Assembly: GCA_964448685.1 (NCBI GenBank)
Contig: CAYUWR010000010.1
Location: 1,144-65,143, forward strand
Direction: 5' to 3'
Length of the DNA: 64,000 nucleotides
DNA from: an uncultured Nitrososphaeria archaeon
GTDB taxonomy: Archaea; Thermoproteota; Nitrososphaeria; JACIWG01
Numbering within the stretch: the stretch's first letter is position 1; every line of letters begins with the position of its first letter. Position numbers and translations under genes: made by a program. The notes under the pieces are model-generated. The model searched no databases, had not been told where the DNA came from, and saw only the letters and a list, made by a program, of their open reading frames with translations. Positions 36,809-45,441 of the stretch are shown one piece after another.

Positions 36809-37501
36809 ATGGAAAAGCTATCTTTCAAGAAGGAAGAATCTTGTTCTATAAGAATCTGTACATTTATTAGCGTGGCCAAATTCAACATATTTGACTCTAT
36901 GCCTCCGTCCGCTGTCAAAACTGTTAGGGATCTTATTTTTTGGCAATACGCTAAGATCATTTCTGAATCAGCTGGCATAGGTAAGAAAAATTGGCGTTTT
37001 GTGATGAGAAAATTTAGGCAGCTCAAGGAAGGTGAAATTTTCTGGAATGAGATTAGAGAGTATGTTAAGGAAAAAGAAAGGAAGGATGAATGCATCTTCT
37101 GCGGGAAGAAAAATGACTTGACTATAGATCATCTGCTTCCCCGCTCCTTAGGTGGACCTAACGATGAAAAGAATGTGGTATTTGTTTGTGGGGAATGTAA
37201 TTCATCTAAGGGGTCAAGAAGACTTTATGAATTTTGGACCATAAGGAGAGGATTAGAAGGAGCAAAGTATGAGGTACCAAGAATAGCTGAAGGGAAATAC
37301 CTTAAGTTTGTCTATGAAGTTTTAGAGAAAAATCTGTTGCTCGACCTTGACCTGAACAAGATTAGGAAACAGATTTGCCCAGAATGTGATGTCAAGTTCT
37401 TATGTGTTAAGGAGAAGAGTGTAGGAAAACTTTCGCCACTTTGTTTAGATGGTATTGTTACGTTATGTTTTAGAGGGAAAAATGGAATGAGCCAAGTTTA
37501 A
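36809..37501 (+). CDS. HNH endonuclease-domain protein
   Basis: CIFCGKKNDLTIDHLLPRSLGGPNDEKNVVFVCGECNSSKGSRRLYEFW (HNH/ββα-Me with flanking Cys pairs). The start is uncertain (ATG 36809, or TTG 36755 as in the ORF track). Confidence 0.75.
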   Translation: MEKLSFKKEESCSIRICTFISVAKFNIFDSMPPSAVKTVRDLIFWQYAKIISESAGIGKKNWRFVMRKFRQLKEGEIFWNEIREYVKEKERKDECIFCGKKNDLTIDHLLPRSLGGPNDEKNVVFVCGECNSSKGSRRLYEFWTIRRGLEGAKYEVPRIAEGKYLKFVYEVLEKNLLLDLDLNKIRKQICPECDVKFLCVKEKSVGKLSPLCLDGIVTLCFRGKNGMSQV

Positions 37502-37647
37502 CCTTTAACCCATGCCTAGAGTCAAACAGCAACTATGCCCCAAAACACAAAATTCATCCACCATTCCCCAATGCTCCAATAACGTCTATGATGCGAATGT
37601 CTTAAACACTTTTAAGTTGCCATCGCCCCAAAGTAGCATGATGTCTT

Positions 37648-38547
37648 ATGGACAAGGTCGACATCACCCTATGCCGTCTGCTCCTATCTAATTCAAGGCT
37701 TTCTTATCGCGAGCTGGCCGATAAGCTGAACCTTTCTGTTACCGCAGTCCATAGCCGTATACAATCATTGATGAACGCCGGTGTAATTCGACATTTTACA
37801 GCCAAGATCAGTTTAAGTGTGTTAAAGGCGGTTCCTGTTGTAATCTTCGGGCTGTCAAAGATTGGCCTGGTTAAGGGCTTGGAGAGCAGGCTTGCGAACC
37901 ATGGGTCGATATATTGGCTTGCCATAGGCAGCGGGAACATGGTATATGTGGGCGCCTACTTGAAGGGCGTGAATGAGCTCGGATCAATTGTACAGTATTT
38001 GAAGGAGGAGGCTAAACTGCTGGAGCCAACTGTGGGCATAGTGCCTTTACCCAATATTGTATCAACCGAAGTTGGGTCGTCTAACCTAGTCCTCCATGAC
38101 CTGGATTATAAGATAATCAGATGCTTGAAGGATAATTCACGCAAGACGATTTCTGAAGCCGCGTACGAATTGAATGTTTCAGCTAAAACACTACATCGTC
38201 GTCTTTCGAGGATGATGAAGCTTGGACTAATAGAATTGTCTATGGAATGGTATCCTGACCGATCAAATGATATAATAACTGTCTTCCACATAAATGTCAA
38301 GCCCGAGGCGGACAAATATTTTATAGGCCACCTTTTTGAAAAATACCCTTCCAACATGATCTTTTACTGGGAGTTCAGTAACATTCTAAACTTTTATCTT
38401 GCATTCTTTTGGGCTAGCGCGATGAAAGAGGTCCATGCCATCCGCGAGGGTATGGAAAACGAGCGAATGATACAGTCTGTCTCACCGAACATCCTCTACA
38501 CGGGCTACATATTCGAAACTTGGAGAGACAGGCTTCTTGAAATGTGA
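37648..38547 (+). CDS. Tandem (duplicated) Lrp/AsnC-type regulator
   Basis: 299 aa with two HTH_AsnC-like units (LSYRELADKLNLSVTAVHSRIQSL..., and DYKIIRCLKDNSRKTISEAAYELNVSAKTLHRRLSRM...), each followed by a RAM-like domain. Confidence 0.7.
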   Translation: MDKVDITLCRLLLSNSRLSYRELADKLNLSVTAVHSRIQSLMNAGVIRHFTAKISLSVLKAVPVVIFGLSKIGLVKGLESRLANHGSIYWLAIGSGNMVYVGAYLKGVNELGSIVQYLKEEAKLLEPTVGIVPLPNIVSTEVGSSNLVLHDLDYKIIRCLKDNSRKTISEAAYELNVSAKTLHRRLSRMMKLGLIELSMEWYPDRSNDIITVFHINVKPEADKYFIGHLFEKYPSNMIFYWEFSNILNFYLAFFWASAMKEVHAIREGMENERMIQSVSPNILYTGYIFETWRDRLLEM

Positions 38548-38676
38548 ACGCCCAATTTTTCAATCTATTTTGGTTAAAATGGCCCTTTCCAATAGGCATC
38601 CTTTGACCAAGTCATAAAGTAGGATGCTAACGCAAGCCTATATTCCAGAACTTGTTTGCCACCTGCACGAGGAAAG

Positions 38677-39423
38677 TTGAATGAACCAATAATCGTGATA
38701 GAAGATTTGGTTAAAAGGTTTGGAGATTCAACTGCAGTAGACAATCTGAGTCTGAAGATTTTTGAAGGGGAACTTTTTGGCCTCTTGGGACCGAATGGTG
38801 CAGGAAAGACTACCACAATAAACGTCCTCTGCGGCCTTTTCAAACCTACAGGTGGCAAAGTTCTAGTGGACGGCTTCGATGTCCAAAAAGAGACTTCAAA
38901 GGTTAAGAGTCTCATAGGAGTATGTCCACAGGACACCGCCGTCTTCAAGTATCTTACAGGCAGAGAGAACGTTGAGCTCTTCGGAAGCCTTTACGGTCTC
39001 CCAAAAGAGAAGCTCAGACGGAATGCTAGCACGCTACTGAATAGGTTAGGCTTTAACGGATATGCTGATGTGCTCACAAGTAAGTACAGTGGTGGCATGA
39101 AAAGAAGACTTAGCCTGATAATGGCCCTTGTCCACGATCCGGAAATAGCCTTCCTCGACGAGCCCACTGTCGGCATGGACCCACAGTCACGTCATGCCGT
39201 CTGGACCTTCCTCCGCGAACTAAAGGGTCACGGCAAGACCATAATCTTGACAACTCATTATATGGAGGAGGCTGAAAACCTATGTGATAGGATAGGCATA
39301 GTTGATCATGGGAAGCTTATTGCAGTTGGAACTTTGGACGAGCTAAAGGAGCAGTATGGGGTGAACTGCCTAGAGGATGTCTTCATGCAATTGACTGGAA
39401 GAAAGATAAGAGATGAGATGTGA
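38677..39423 (+). CDS. ABC transporter ATP-binding protein (ABC-2/DrrA-like)
   Basis: Walker A GPNGAGKTTT, signature YSGGMKRRL, Walker B IAFLDEPT. TTG 38677 is preceded by GAGGA; the ORF track begins at TTG 38656. Confidence 0.9.
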   Translation: MNEPIIVIEDLVKRFGDSTAVDNLSLKIFEGELFGLLGPNGAGKTTTINVLCGLFKPTGGKVLVDGFDVQKETSKVKSLIGVCPQDTAVFKYLTGRENVELFGSLYGLPKEKLRRNASTLLNRLGFNGYADVLTSKYSGGMKRRLSLIMALVHDPEIAFLDEPTVGMDPQSRHAVWTFLRELKGHGKTIILTTHYMEEAENLCDRIGIVDHGKLIAVGTLDELKEQYGVNCLEDVFMQLTGRKIRDEM

Positions 39424-40584
39424 ATGAATTTCCGAAAGGTTTTGGCTCTAGTAAGAAAGGAGTTTAAGAAGACGACCAGAGAGCCCGCGATCCTCTTTCT
39501 GACAATCCTATTTCCTATAATGCTGACTTTAGCCTTTGGCCTCTCCTTTGGAGCGGTTGGAGGCACACAACAGGATACGTTCCAAATAGGCTTGATAAAC
39601 ATGGACAACGGGAGCTCCCAAAATTGGGCTCAAAGCTTTATATCAAACTTAACAAGCACCCAGGTTCTTAAAGTCAACATCTACAGCGAAAACCATACAG
39701 CCCAATTTGATCTACAGCAGGGAAGGCTTAAGGCGGTACTGATTATCCCAGAAGGCTTCTCAGAAGCCTGCAGCGTTCTCAAAGTATCGTCTATAAGTAC
39801 GAGCAAGTGGAAAAACGTTAGCATACCGCTTTATCTTGACCGTGGTTCGATAATTGCAACCCAAGCTATACCACCAATAATTCAACAGGCTTTATCTACA
39901 ACGGTCTACGGTCCGCAGCAGAACATTGCAGTGCAACCTATAAGATTGGATCTTTCAATGGTTGAGGTTTCGAAGCAGACGGCATTCGATTATATGGCTC
40001 CAGGCCTTTTCGCCTACGCCTCAATATTTTTGACGATGACTGTAGCTGGATCCTTTACAGGCGACCGCGAAAACGGCCTGCTCCGTAGAATAAGTACTAC
40101 ACCATTAACCGCCACAGAGTTCATGATCAGCCAGGTTTTCTCGAACATGGGCTTAGGCCTAATCCAGGCAATAATAATATTCGCGATGGCCTACACTGTA
40201 GGCTTCCGCCCACAAGTTGAAGCAGGTAACATAATTGTCGCCTTCCTCATAATGCTGACATTCTCCCTTTGCAACGTAGGCTTCGGGCTCATTACCGCGA
40301 CAATAGCCAAATCCTCTAACGCCGCCACCGGAATAGCCTTCATATTCATACTTCCTCAAATGTTTCTTGGAACCTTTGTCGGTGCAGCCCTCTCGCCTAC
40401 CGCTCAAGCTATTGGCCGGCTTGTCCCAAGCTATTATGTAACAGACGCTATAACATCGCTTCTACTACGCAAGGCCCACTTCTCCAGCCCAACCGTGCTC
40501 CTGGATTTCGGAATCATAATTGCCTCCAGTATTATGGTTTTGGCCTTTGGAATACTATCATTCAAAAGGTATGGGAAAGCCTAG
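39424..40584 (+). CDS. ABC-2 type transporter permease
   Basis: 386 aa. N-terminal TM, a large extracytoplasmic loop, then 5 C-terminal TM helices. Start is adjacent to the ATPase stop. Confidence 0.85.
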   Translation: MNFRKVLALVRKEFKKTTREPAILFLTILFPIMLTLAFGLSFGAVGGTQQDTFQIGLINMDNGSSQNWAQSFISNLTSTQVLKVNIYSENHTAQFDLQQGRLKAVLIIPEGFSEACSVLKVSSISTSKWKNVSIPLYLDRGSIIATQAIPPIIQQALSTTVYGPQQNIAVQPIRLDLSMVEVSKQTAFDYMAPGLFAYASIFLTMTVAGSFTGDRENGLLRRISTTPLTATEFMISQVFSNMGLGLIQAIIIFAMAYTVGFRPQVEAGNIIVAFLIMLTFSLCNVGFGLITATIAKSSNAATGIAFIFILPQMFLGTFVGAALSPTAQAIGRLVPSYYVTDAITSLLLRKAHFSSPTVLLDFGIIIASSIMVLAFGILSFKRYGKA

Positions 40585-40592
40585 ATGGTGTC

Positions 40593-40967
40593 GTGAAAAT
40601 GAAAGATCATAGCCCTATAGACGCAAAACTTCTGTTGAAGGAGGCTGAAGCATCGGAGCATGGGGAGGCCTATGCAACCCTAACTCGATCATCAAATTAT
40701 AGAATTGGCGTCGGTGTAAGGATATCGTCAAGTAACACACCATCCTTTTTCATTGAAATCATCATCTACCTGTGCCTCGGCTCAGTTAGAGCTGATTTGA
40801 GCCTTTTACAAAAAAGCCTGTCCTGCTTAAAGCGGTTGCAGGCGAGAAAATACTCTATATCATACCAAAATGACAACTGCATTATATGCGAAAAGACACT
40901 TTCGATCCAAAACTTGTATAGAGAATATGAGACAGCTAACCTTCTTGTAAAAAGATGTTTTGAATAG
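40593..40967 (+). CDS. Hypothetical protein (no recognisable domain)
   Basis: 124-aa ORF 8 nt after the permease. I recognise no motifs. Its stop is directly followed, in the same frame, by the enolase-superfamily remnant. Confidence 0.35.
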   Translation: MKMKDHSPIDAKLLLKEAEASEHGEAYATLTRSSNYRIGVGVRISSSNTPSFFIEIIIYLCLGSVRADLSLLQKSLSCLKRLQARKYSISYQNDNCIICEKTLSIQNLYREYETANLLVKRCFE

Positions 40968-41227
40968 CGATCAGAATCGCCAAGGTTTCCATGGATCTAT
41001 GTAGAAGTTGAAACAAACGACGGCTTCCAAGGTTTCGGTGTAGCGCTAGACTACGGGACAAGTGGCGTGAGGGAAAGCCTTGAGCTTATTGGGAGAAGAC
41101 TTACAGGGAGGGATCCGACTAAGTCGAATTGATCTGGCAGGAACTTTTCAGGGAAGGCTTCTCAACGCCGGCTATAAGCGGTATAGAGGTTGCGCTCATG
41201 AAATCCTTGGAAAGCACCTTAACAGGT
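40968..41227 (+). pseudogene. Remnant of an enolase-superfamily (mandelate racemase/muconate lactonizing enzyme-like) gene: N-terminal domain only, frameshifted
   Basis: Frame 1: ...PWIYVEVETNDGFQGFGVALDYGTSGVRESLELIGRRLTGRDPTKSN*. Frame shift at about 41129, then LIWQELFREGFSTPAISGIEVALMKSLES. This pattern matches the MR_MLE N-terminal domain. There is no start codon and no barrel domain. Confidence 0.55.
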
Positions 41228-41479
41228 TTCAAGTGCACTGAACAGAGGTTTGCCCTTACCATGCTGACTATTGCATCTCTTATTTCGGTGAAGTTTCAGA
41301 CTCCCTACCCTACCCACCTGGCTGATGCTATCACACTTTCATTAAAATATAAAACCACCATCGACGGCCAACACTATGCTTTCCTATCGTGAGCTGTTTT
41401 ACAAATATGTATCAGTAACTGAGACACTTTTACAAAAATGTTTCTCAGTTGTTGATATAAATGGCGCGCCGCTGTCTGT

Positions 41480-42712
41480 GTGAACAGGGAAAAGGTAAGA
41501 AGGTATATAGAAGATTGGTACAATAGGAGGCTGCCTGAGCTGATCGAACGGGAGTTAAAAGTTGACCTGATAAAGGGCAAGGTAAAATGTGTTGCCGGCC
41601 CAAGAAGGGCTGGGAAAACTTACTTCTTTTTCCAGCTGATCAAAAGTATTGGTTCACCATCACTGTACCTTGACTTTGAAGACATAGCCTTACACGATAC
41701 AAGATTTGATGAAATCTTAGATGTAATAAACTTGTATTATGAGGCGACTGGAAGGGAATTGAATAACGTTTTCCTTGATGAGGTTCAGAATGTAATGAAC
41801 TGGGAGTCTACTACTAGAACTCTATTGGATAGAACAGATTTAAACGTGTTCGTGACAGGCTCTTCCTCAAAATTGTTGCCAAGTGAAGTTGCAACCCAGT
41901 TAAGGGGAAGGTCGCTTTCTTACCTGCTGCTTCCATTCTCCTTTAAGGAATTTTTGGAGGCTAAGAGCTTCGAATTAAGGGATGTTCTGACTGACAGGGA
42001 TAGGGCGATCACAAGAAATCTGCTCAAAGAATACTTAGATTACGGAGGATTCCCTGAAGTTGTCCTTTCAGAAAGCAAGGAGAAGATATTGAAAGAATAT
42101 CATAATACGATCATGTTCAGGGACTTCGTTGAAAGGTTCAGTTTGAAAAGCATCAATGTCGCAAGATTTCTATTTGAATTCGTGTTCCAGAATGTCGCTA
42201 ACGAAATTAGCGTGAACAAGATAGTAAATTACTTTAGGTCCCAAAACATTTCCTTCGGAAAAAACACCGTATACGATTACGTTGATAAACTGCAGGACAC
42301 TCTAGTCTTCTTTTTCATCGAAAGATATTCTCCGAGCATTCATAAAAGGAAATCCTTTCCGAAGAAAATCTATGTAGCAGACTCGGGCTTAAACAGAATA
42401 ATCAGATTTTCAGAGGACTTCGGAAAAAGAATGGAGAACGTTGTCTATCTAGAACTATTGAGAAAAACAAACTATAACCCACTTCAAGAAATCTTCTACT
42501 TTAAAGACAGGAGAAGGGAGGTAGACTTTATTATCAAAGAAGGAGCTGAAGTCAGGCAACTAATCAACGTAACCTACTCGTCCGCAAAAGAGGAGACAGC
42601 GAAAAGAGAAATCGATTCACTAATGGAAGCGTCAGAGTTACTTAGCTGCAGAAATCTACTCCTAATAACCTGGACTACGAAGATACAGTTAAACTTGGTA
42701 ACAGAAAGATGA
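41480..42712 (+). CDS. AAA+ ATPase of the COG1373/DUF4143 family, C-terminus frameshifted
   Basis: Walker A GPRRAGKTY, FLDEVQ (Walker B), DUF4143-like middle region. The conserved C-terminal ...DYEDTVKLGNRKMKIVPLWKWLLV* lies in another frame, running to 42747. Confidence 0.75.
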   Translation: MNREKVRRYIEDWYNRRLPELIERELKVDLIKGKVKCVAGPRRAGKTYFFFQLIKSIGSPSLYLDFEDIALHDTRFDEILDVINLYYEATGRELNNVFLDEVQNVMNWESTTRTLLDRTDLNVFVTGSSSKLLPSEVATQLRGRSLSYLLLPFSFKEFLEAKSFELRDVLTDRDRAITRNLLKEYLDYGGFPEVVLSESKEKILKEYHNTIMFRDFVERFSLKSINVARFLFEFVFQNVANEISVNKIVNYFRSQNISFGKNTVYDYVDKLQDTLVFFFIERYSPSIHKRKSFPKKIYVADSGLNRIIRFSEDFGKRMENVVYLELLRKTNYNPLQEIFYFKDRRREVDFIIKEGAEVRQLINVTYSSAKEETAKREIDSLMEASELLSCRNLLLITWTTKIQLNLVTER

Positions 42713-42925
42713 AGATTGTCCCTCTTTGGAAATGGCTGCTCGTCTAAACCAGCAGTATCTTGTTCGAAGCCACGACTTTGTTGGAAGATCTGTCTTCTAA
42801 TTCCTAATCCTTCTTTACTATTTAGCACTCTATCTTCACGACTTAATTGCTTCGTTTACTTCTCTTAGATAACGTTATTATATATGCAAGTTGGAAGCTT
42901 AAGCTAGACGTCTTAATGGACATTA

Positions 42926-43831
42926 TCAGAAGAGATCTGTTGTAAGATATTTGAGTCCACTGTCAGGCAGTATCGCCACTATCATCTTGCCTTTGCCAAG
43001 CTCTCTGGCTTTGTTCAGGGCAACATACATTATTGCACCCGAACTCATGCCGATCAGTAGGCCTTCTTCTCTAGCAGCCCTTCTAGCAACTTTGACCGAT
43101 TCAGATACCATGCCATTGGTCATTTCCACGATTTCATCAAAGCATTCGCTTCTGAACAGTTGCGTTGGAAAGGCTTCACTGGGATTTCTTAATCCCTGTA
43201 TGCTTACACCAATTTTAGGCATTACCCCCACAACCTTTATGTTATGATTGTATTCTTTGACTCGAATAGAAGTGCCTACTCCAGTGCCTGCTGTCCCTAT
43301 GCCGACTACTACCATATTCACTCTTCCCCCAGTCTGTTCAAGGATCTCCTTGCCTGTGGTCTGATAATGTGACAGGATATTTGCGGGATCTTTGAATTGG
43401 TCCAAGTCAACATATTTGTCTGGGTGCTCCTTTAGCAGTTTCTGCTTTAGTTCAATGGCTCCACCAGTTCCCTTTTCTCCTGAAGAAAGAATCAGTTCTG
43501 CGCCATATGCTTGGATGATCTTTCGCCTCTCCAAACTGACGGATTCAGGCATTACTATTGCGATCTTGTAACCCTTAGCCGCCGCGATCATCGACAGGGC
43601 GATACCTGTGTTTCCTGAGGTTGCTTCCAAGATTGTACTGTCCTCCTTCAATTTTCCTGCCGCTTCAGCATATTCTATCATGTAAAGTGCCATCCTGTCC
43701 TTGACAGATCCGCCGATGTTGTACCATTCCAGTTTGGCGTAGACGGTTGCGTCGTCTTCGCCTGCAAGCCTATTTATTCTGACGATTGGTGTTTTCCCTA
43801 TTAGACCAAAGATGTTATCTGCAACTTTCAT
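42926..43831 (-). CDS. cysK: Cysteine synthase (O-acetylserine/O-phosphoserine sulfhydrylase, PLP fold type II)
   Basis: 301 aa. GKTPIVRINRL...KLEWYNIGGSVKDRMALYMIE...EATSGNTGIALSMIAA. Confidence 0.88.
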   Translation of the reverse strand: MKVADNIFGLIGKTPIVRINRLAGEDDATVYAKLEWYNIGGSVKDRMALYMIEYAEAAGKLKEDSTILEATSGNTGIALSMIAAAKGYKIAIVMPESVSLERRKIIQAYGAELILSSGEKGTGGAIELKQKLLKEHPDKYVDLDQFKDPANILSHYQTTGKEILEQTGGRVNMVVVGIGTAGTGVGTSIRVKEYNHNIKVVGVMPKIGVSIQGLRNPSEAFPTQLFRSECFDEIVEMTNGMVSESVKVARRAAREEGLLIGMSSGAIMYVALNKARELGKGKMIVAILPDSGLKYLTTDLF

Positions 43832-44289
43832 TACCGCATTTCACCCTGTAGGGTAGTCAAAGGCATGTTAACAAGCTTCTCGATCGAAGAAATATGCTTG
43901 AGCTTACCATTCGAATTTATCATATGTTTTGTCGTCTTCGGAGGCAACAGTCTCCTAGAAAGCCCTGCCTCTATGACGTCCGACTTCGTTAGAAAGATGA
44001 AGTCTTTACGTCTACTAAATAGTAGGACATCTTCTGACATGTAGTCCACCAAGACTACAGGAACAATCCTGCAATTCAGCCGCCTGAGGGACTGCAATCT
44101 ATGCTCGCCATCTAGCACGACAGACGTACTCTTGTCGACTGCGATGGATCTCTTCAGGCAGCCATCTGACATTATCTGCTCCAAGAGAGCAGTTAGATGC
44201 TTCGGATCCACCTCCTCGTGACTCTTTAAGCTAGAAATGTCAAGCAGCCTGTACTCTGGCCTGTTTTCTCTCAAGTCACTTCTTGCCAC
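43831..44289 (-). CDS. ParB/sulfiredoxin-fold domain protein, translationally coupled to cysteine synthase
   Basis: 152 aa. LLDISSLKSHEEVDPKHLTALLEQIMSDGCLKRSIAVDKSTSVVLDGEHRLQSLRRL (ParB-like nuclease-domain pattern). Its TAA overlaps the cysK ATG (TAATG). Confidence 0.6.
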   Translation of the reverse strand: MARSDLRENRPEYRLLDISSLKSHEEVDPKHLTALLEQIMSDGCLKRSIAVDKSTSVVLDGEHRLQSLRRLNCRIVPVVLVDYMSEDVLLFSRRKDFIFLTKSDVIEAGLSRRLLPPKTTKHMINSNGKLKHISSIEKLVNMPLTTLQGEMR

Positions 44290-44401
44290 ATGGCAAATAT
44301 TACACCGTTATAAATATTTCTGTGGACATATCTTCGGCCAGAATTCAAGTACTAAAGAAAAGAGTCAACCCACTATTTCCGGATAAACTGAGCATGAAAA
44401 A

Positions 44402-44896
44402 TCAGATGTTTAGCCTAATGTCTTCCTTAACAGTCCTTACTCCAACCATGGAGAATGCTTCTTGGACACCATCAGTCTTTGACACACGTTCACTGAGATT
44501 GTGCAGGTCTATGTTGTCACGTACCTTGACCTTTAAGAATATGTCATATTGGCCTACTATTTCGTGGACTTCTTGTACGTCGGGCATTCTAGCTATTCTA
44601 TCAGCTACTTCACAGCAGTCCGCGCCCTTTTCAATCTTCACGGTAATCCATGCAGTCGTCTTGTAGCCTAACCTCTCTGCGTCAAGAACAGGTATTATGC
44701 TCTTGATTATACCAGCCTTACGCAGCCTCTTGACCCTGTCGAAGACCGTCGAAGGGGGTAATCCTATCACGTCGCCAAGTTCTTTATAGGGCAACGATGC
44801 GTCCTGCTGATAACCTCGAAGAACCCTCTTGTCTATTTCATCCACCTGATACTCTTCTGCAGACGCCGTCGGCCTCTTGAGCTGAGCCATCACCAT
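44402..44896 (-). CDS. Lrp/AsnC-family transcriptional regulator
   Basis: From ATG 44896: ...DEIDKRVLRGYQQDASLPYKELGDVIGLPPSTVFDRVKRLRKAGIIKS..., then a RAM domain. The 58-codon upstream extension in the ORF track looks non-coding. Confidence 0.8.
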   Translation of the reverse strand: MVMAQLKRPTASAEEYQVDEIDKRVLRGYQQDASLPYKELGDVIGLPPSTVFDRVKRLRKAGIIKSIIPVLDAERLGYKTTAWITVKIEKGADCCEVADRIARMPDVQEVHEIVGQYDIFLKVKVRDNIDLHNLSERVSKTDGVQEAFSMVGVRTVKEDIRLNI

Positions 44897-45092
44897 CTCC
44901 CACCATTCCACATGCAACCAAGCCTTTAACCTTTCGCATAGTATTAGGGCTCTTAGCCATCCTGCGAATCTAGTCCGAACAATCCGGCGGCAGAACAGAC
45001 TTGCGCCGCCTTCTCCGCATAGCATTCGGATAAGTTCCAAGAACGTATATAAGATGCGTTCATTAATCAAGTATCCGGAGGTAATCTAGAAT

Positions 45093-45356
45093 ATGCCAGA
45101 AAAATTGAAGATATTTGTCTCAAATGTGATTCAAGGCGTAAAATATTCGATGCATAGGTTTCCGAGACAACGCAGCTCCAATGCCGGATCGAGCCTAGAG
45201 GACGTTTACATAGAAGACTTCAGGAAATCTTTAAACAGGGACTCGCTATATCTCACATCATACACAATAGAAGAGTCCGAACGTATGAAGTGGATCTTAT
45301 GGCGCACAAGTGGAAGCGTGTATGTTTGGAAGGACTATCGGAAGATGGAATGGTAG
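45093..45356 (+). CDS. Hypothetical small protein
   Basis: 87-aa ORF with GGAGGTAATC 10 nt upstream of the ATG. No recognisable motif. Confidence 0.3.
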   Translation: MPEKLKIFVSNVIQGVKYSMHRFPRQRSSNAGSSLEDVYIEDFRKSLNRDSLYLTSYTIEESERMKWILWRTSGSVYVWKDYRKMEW

Positions 45357-45441
45357 GATCTGTATCCGGAAAGTTCTTCGGCAACAACAGAAAGAAGCCC
45401 TGCTCATACCATCTATGCAGCCTTCATGAGGCCGCCATGCT

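Noticed and set aside
44897-45070. A Cys-containing in-frame upstream extension of the Lrp gene (MLCGEGGASLFCRR...) as a possible cysteine-sensing leader for the cysK operon.
   Set aside because: The three Cys residues are scattered over about 43 codons rather than clustered. It is in frame with the regulator, so it is not a separate uORF. It has no supporting structure.
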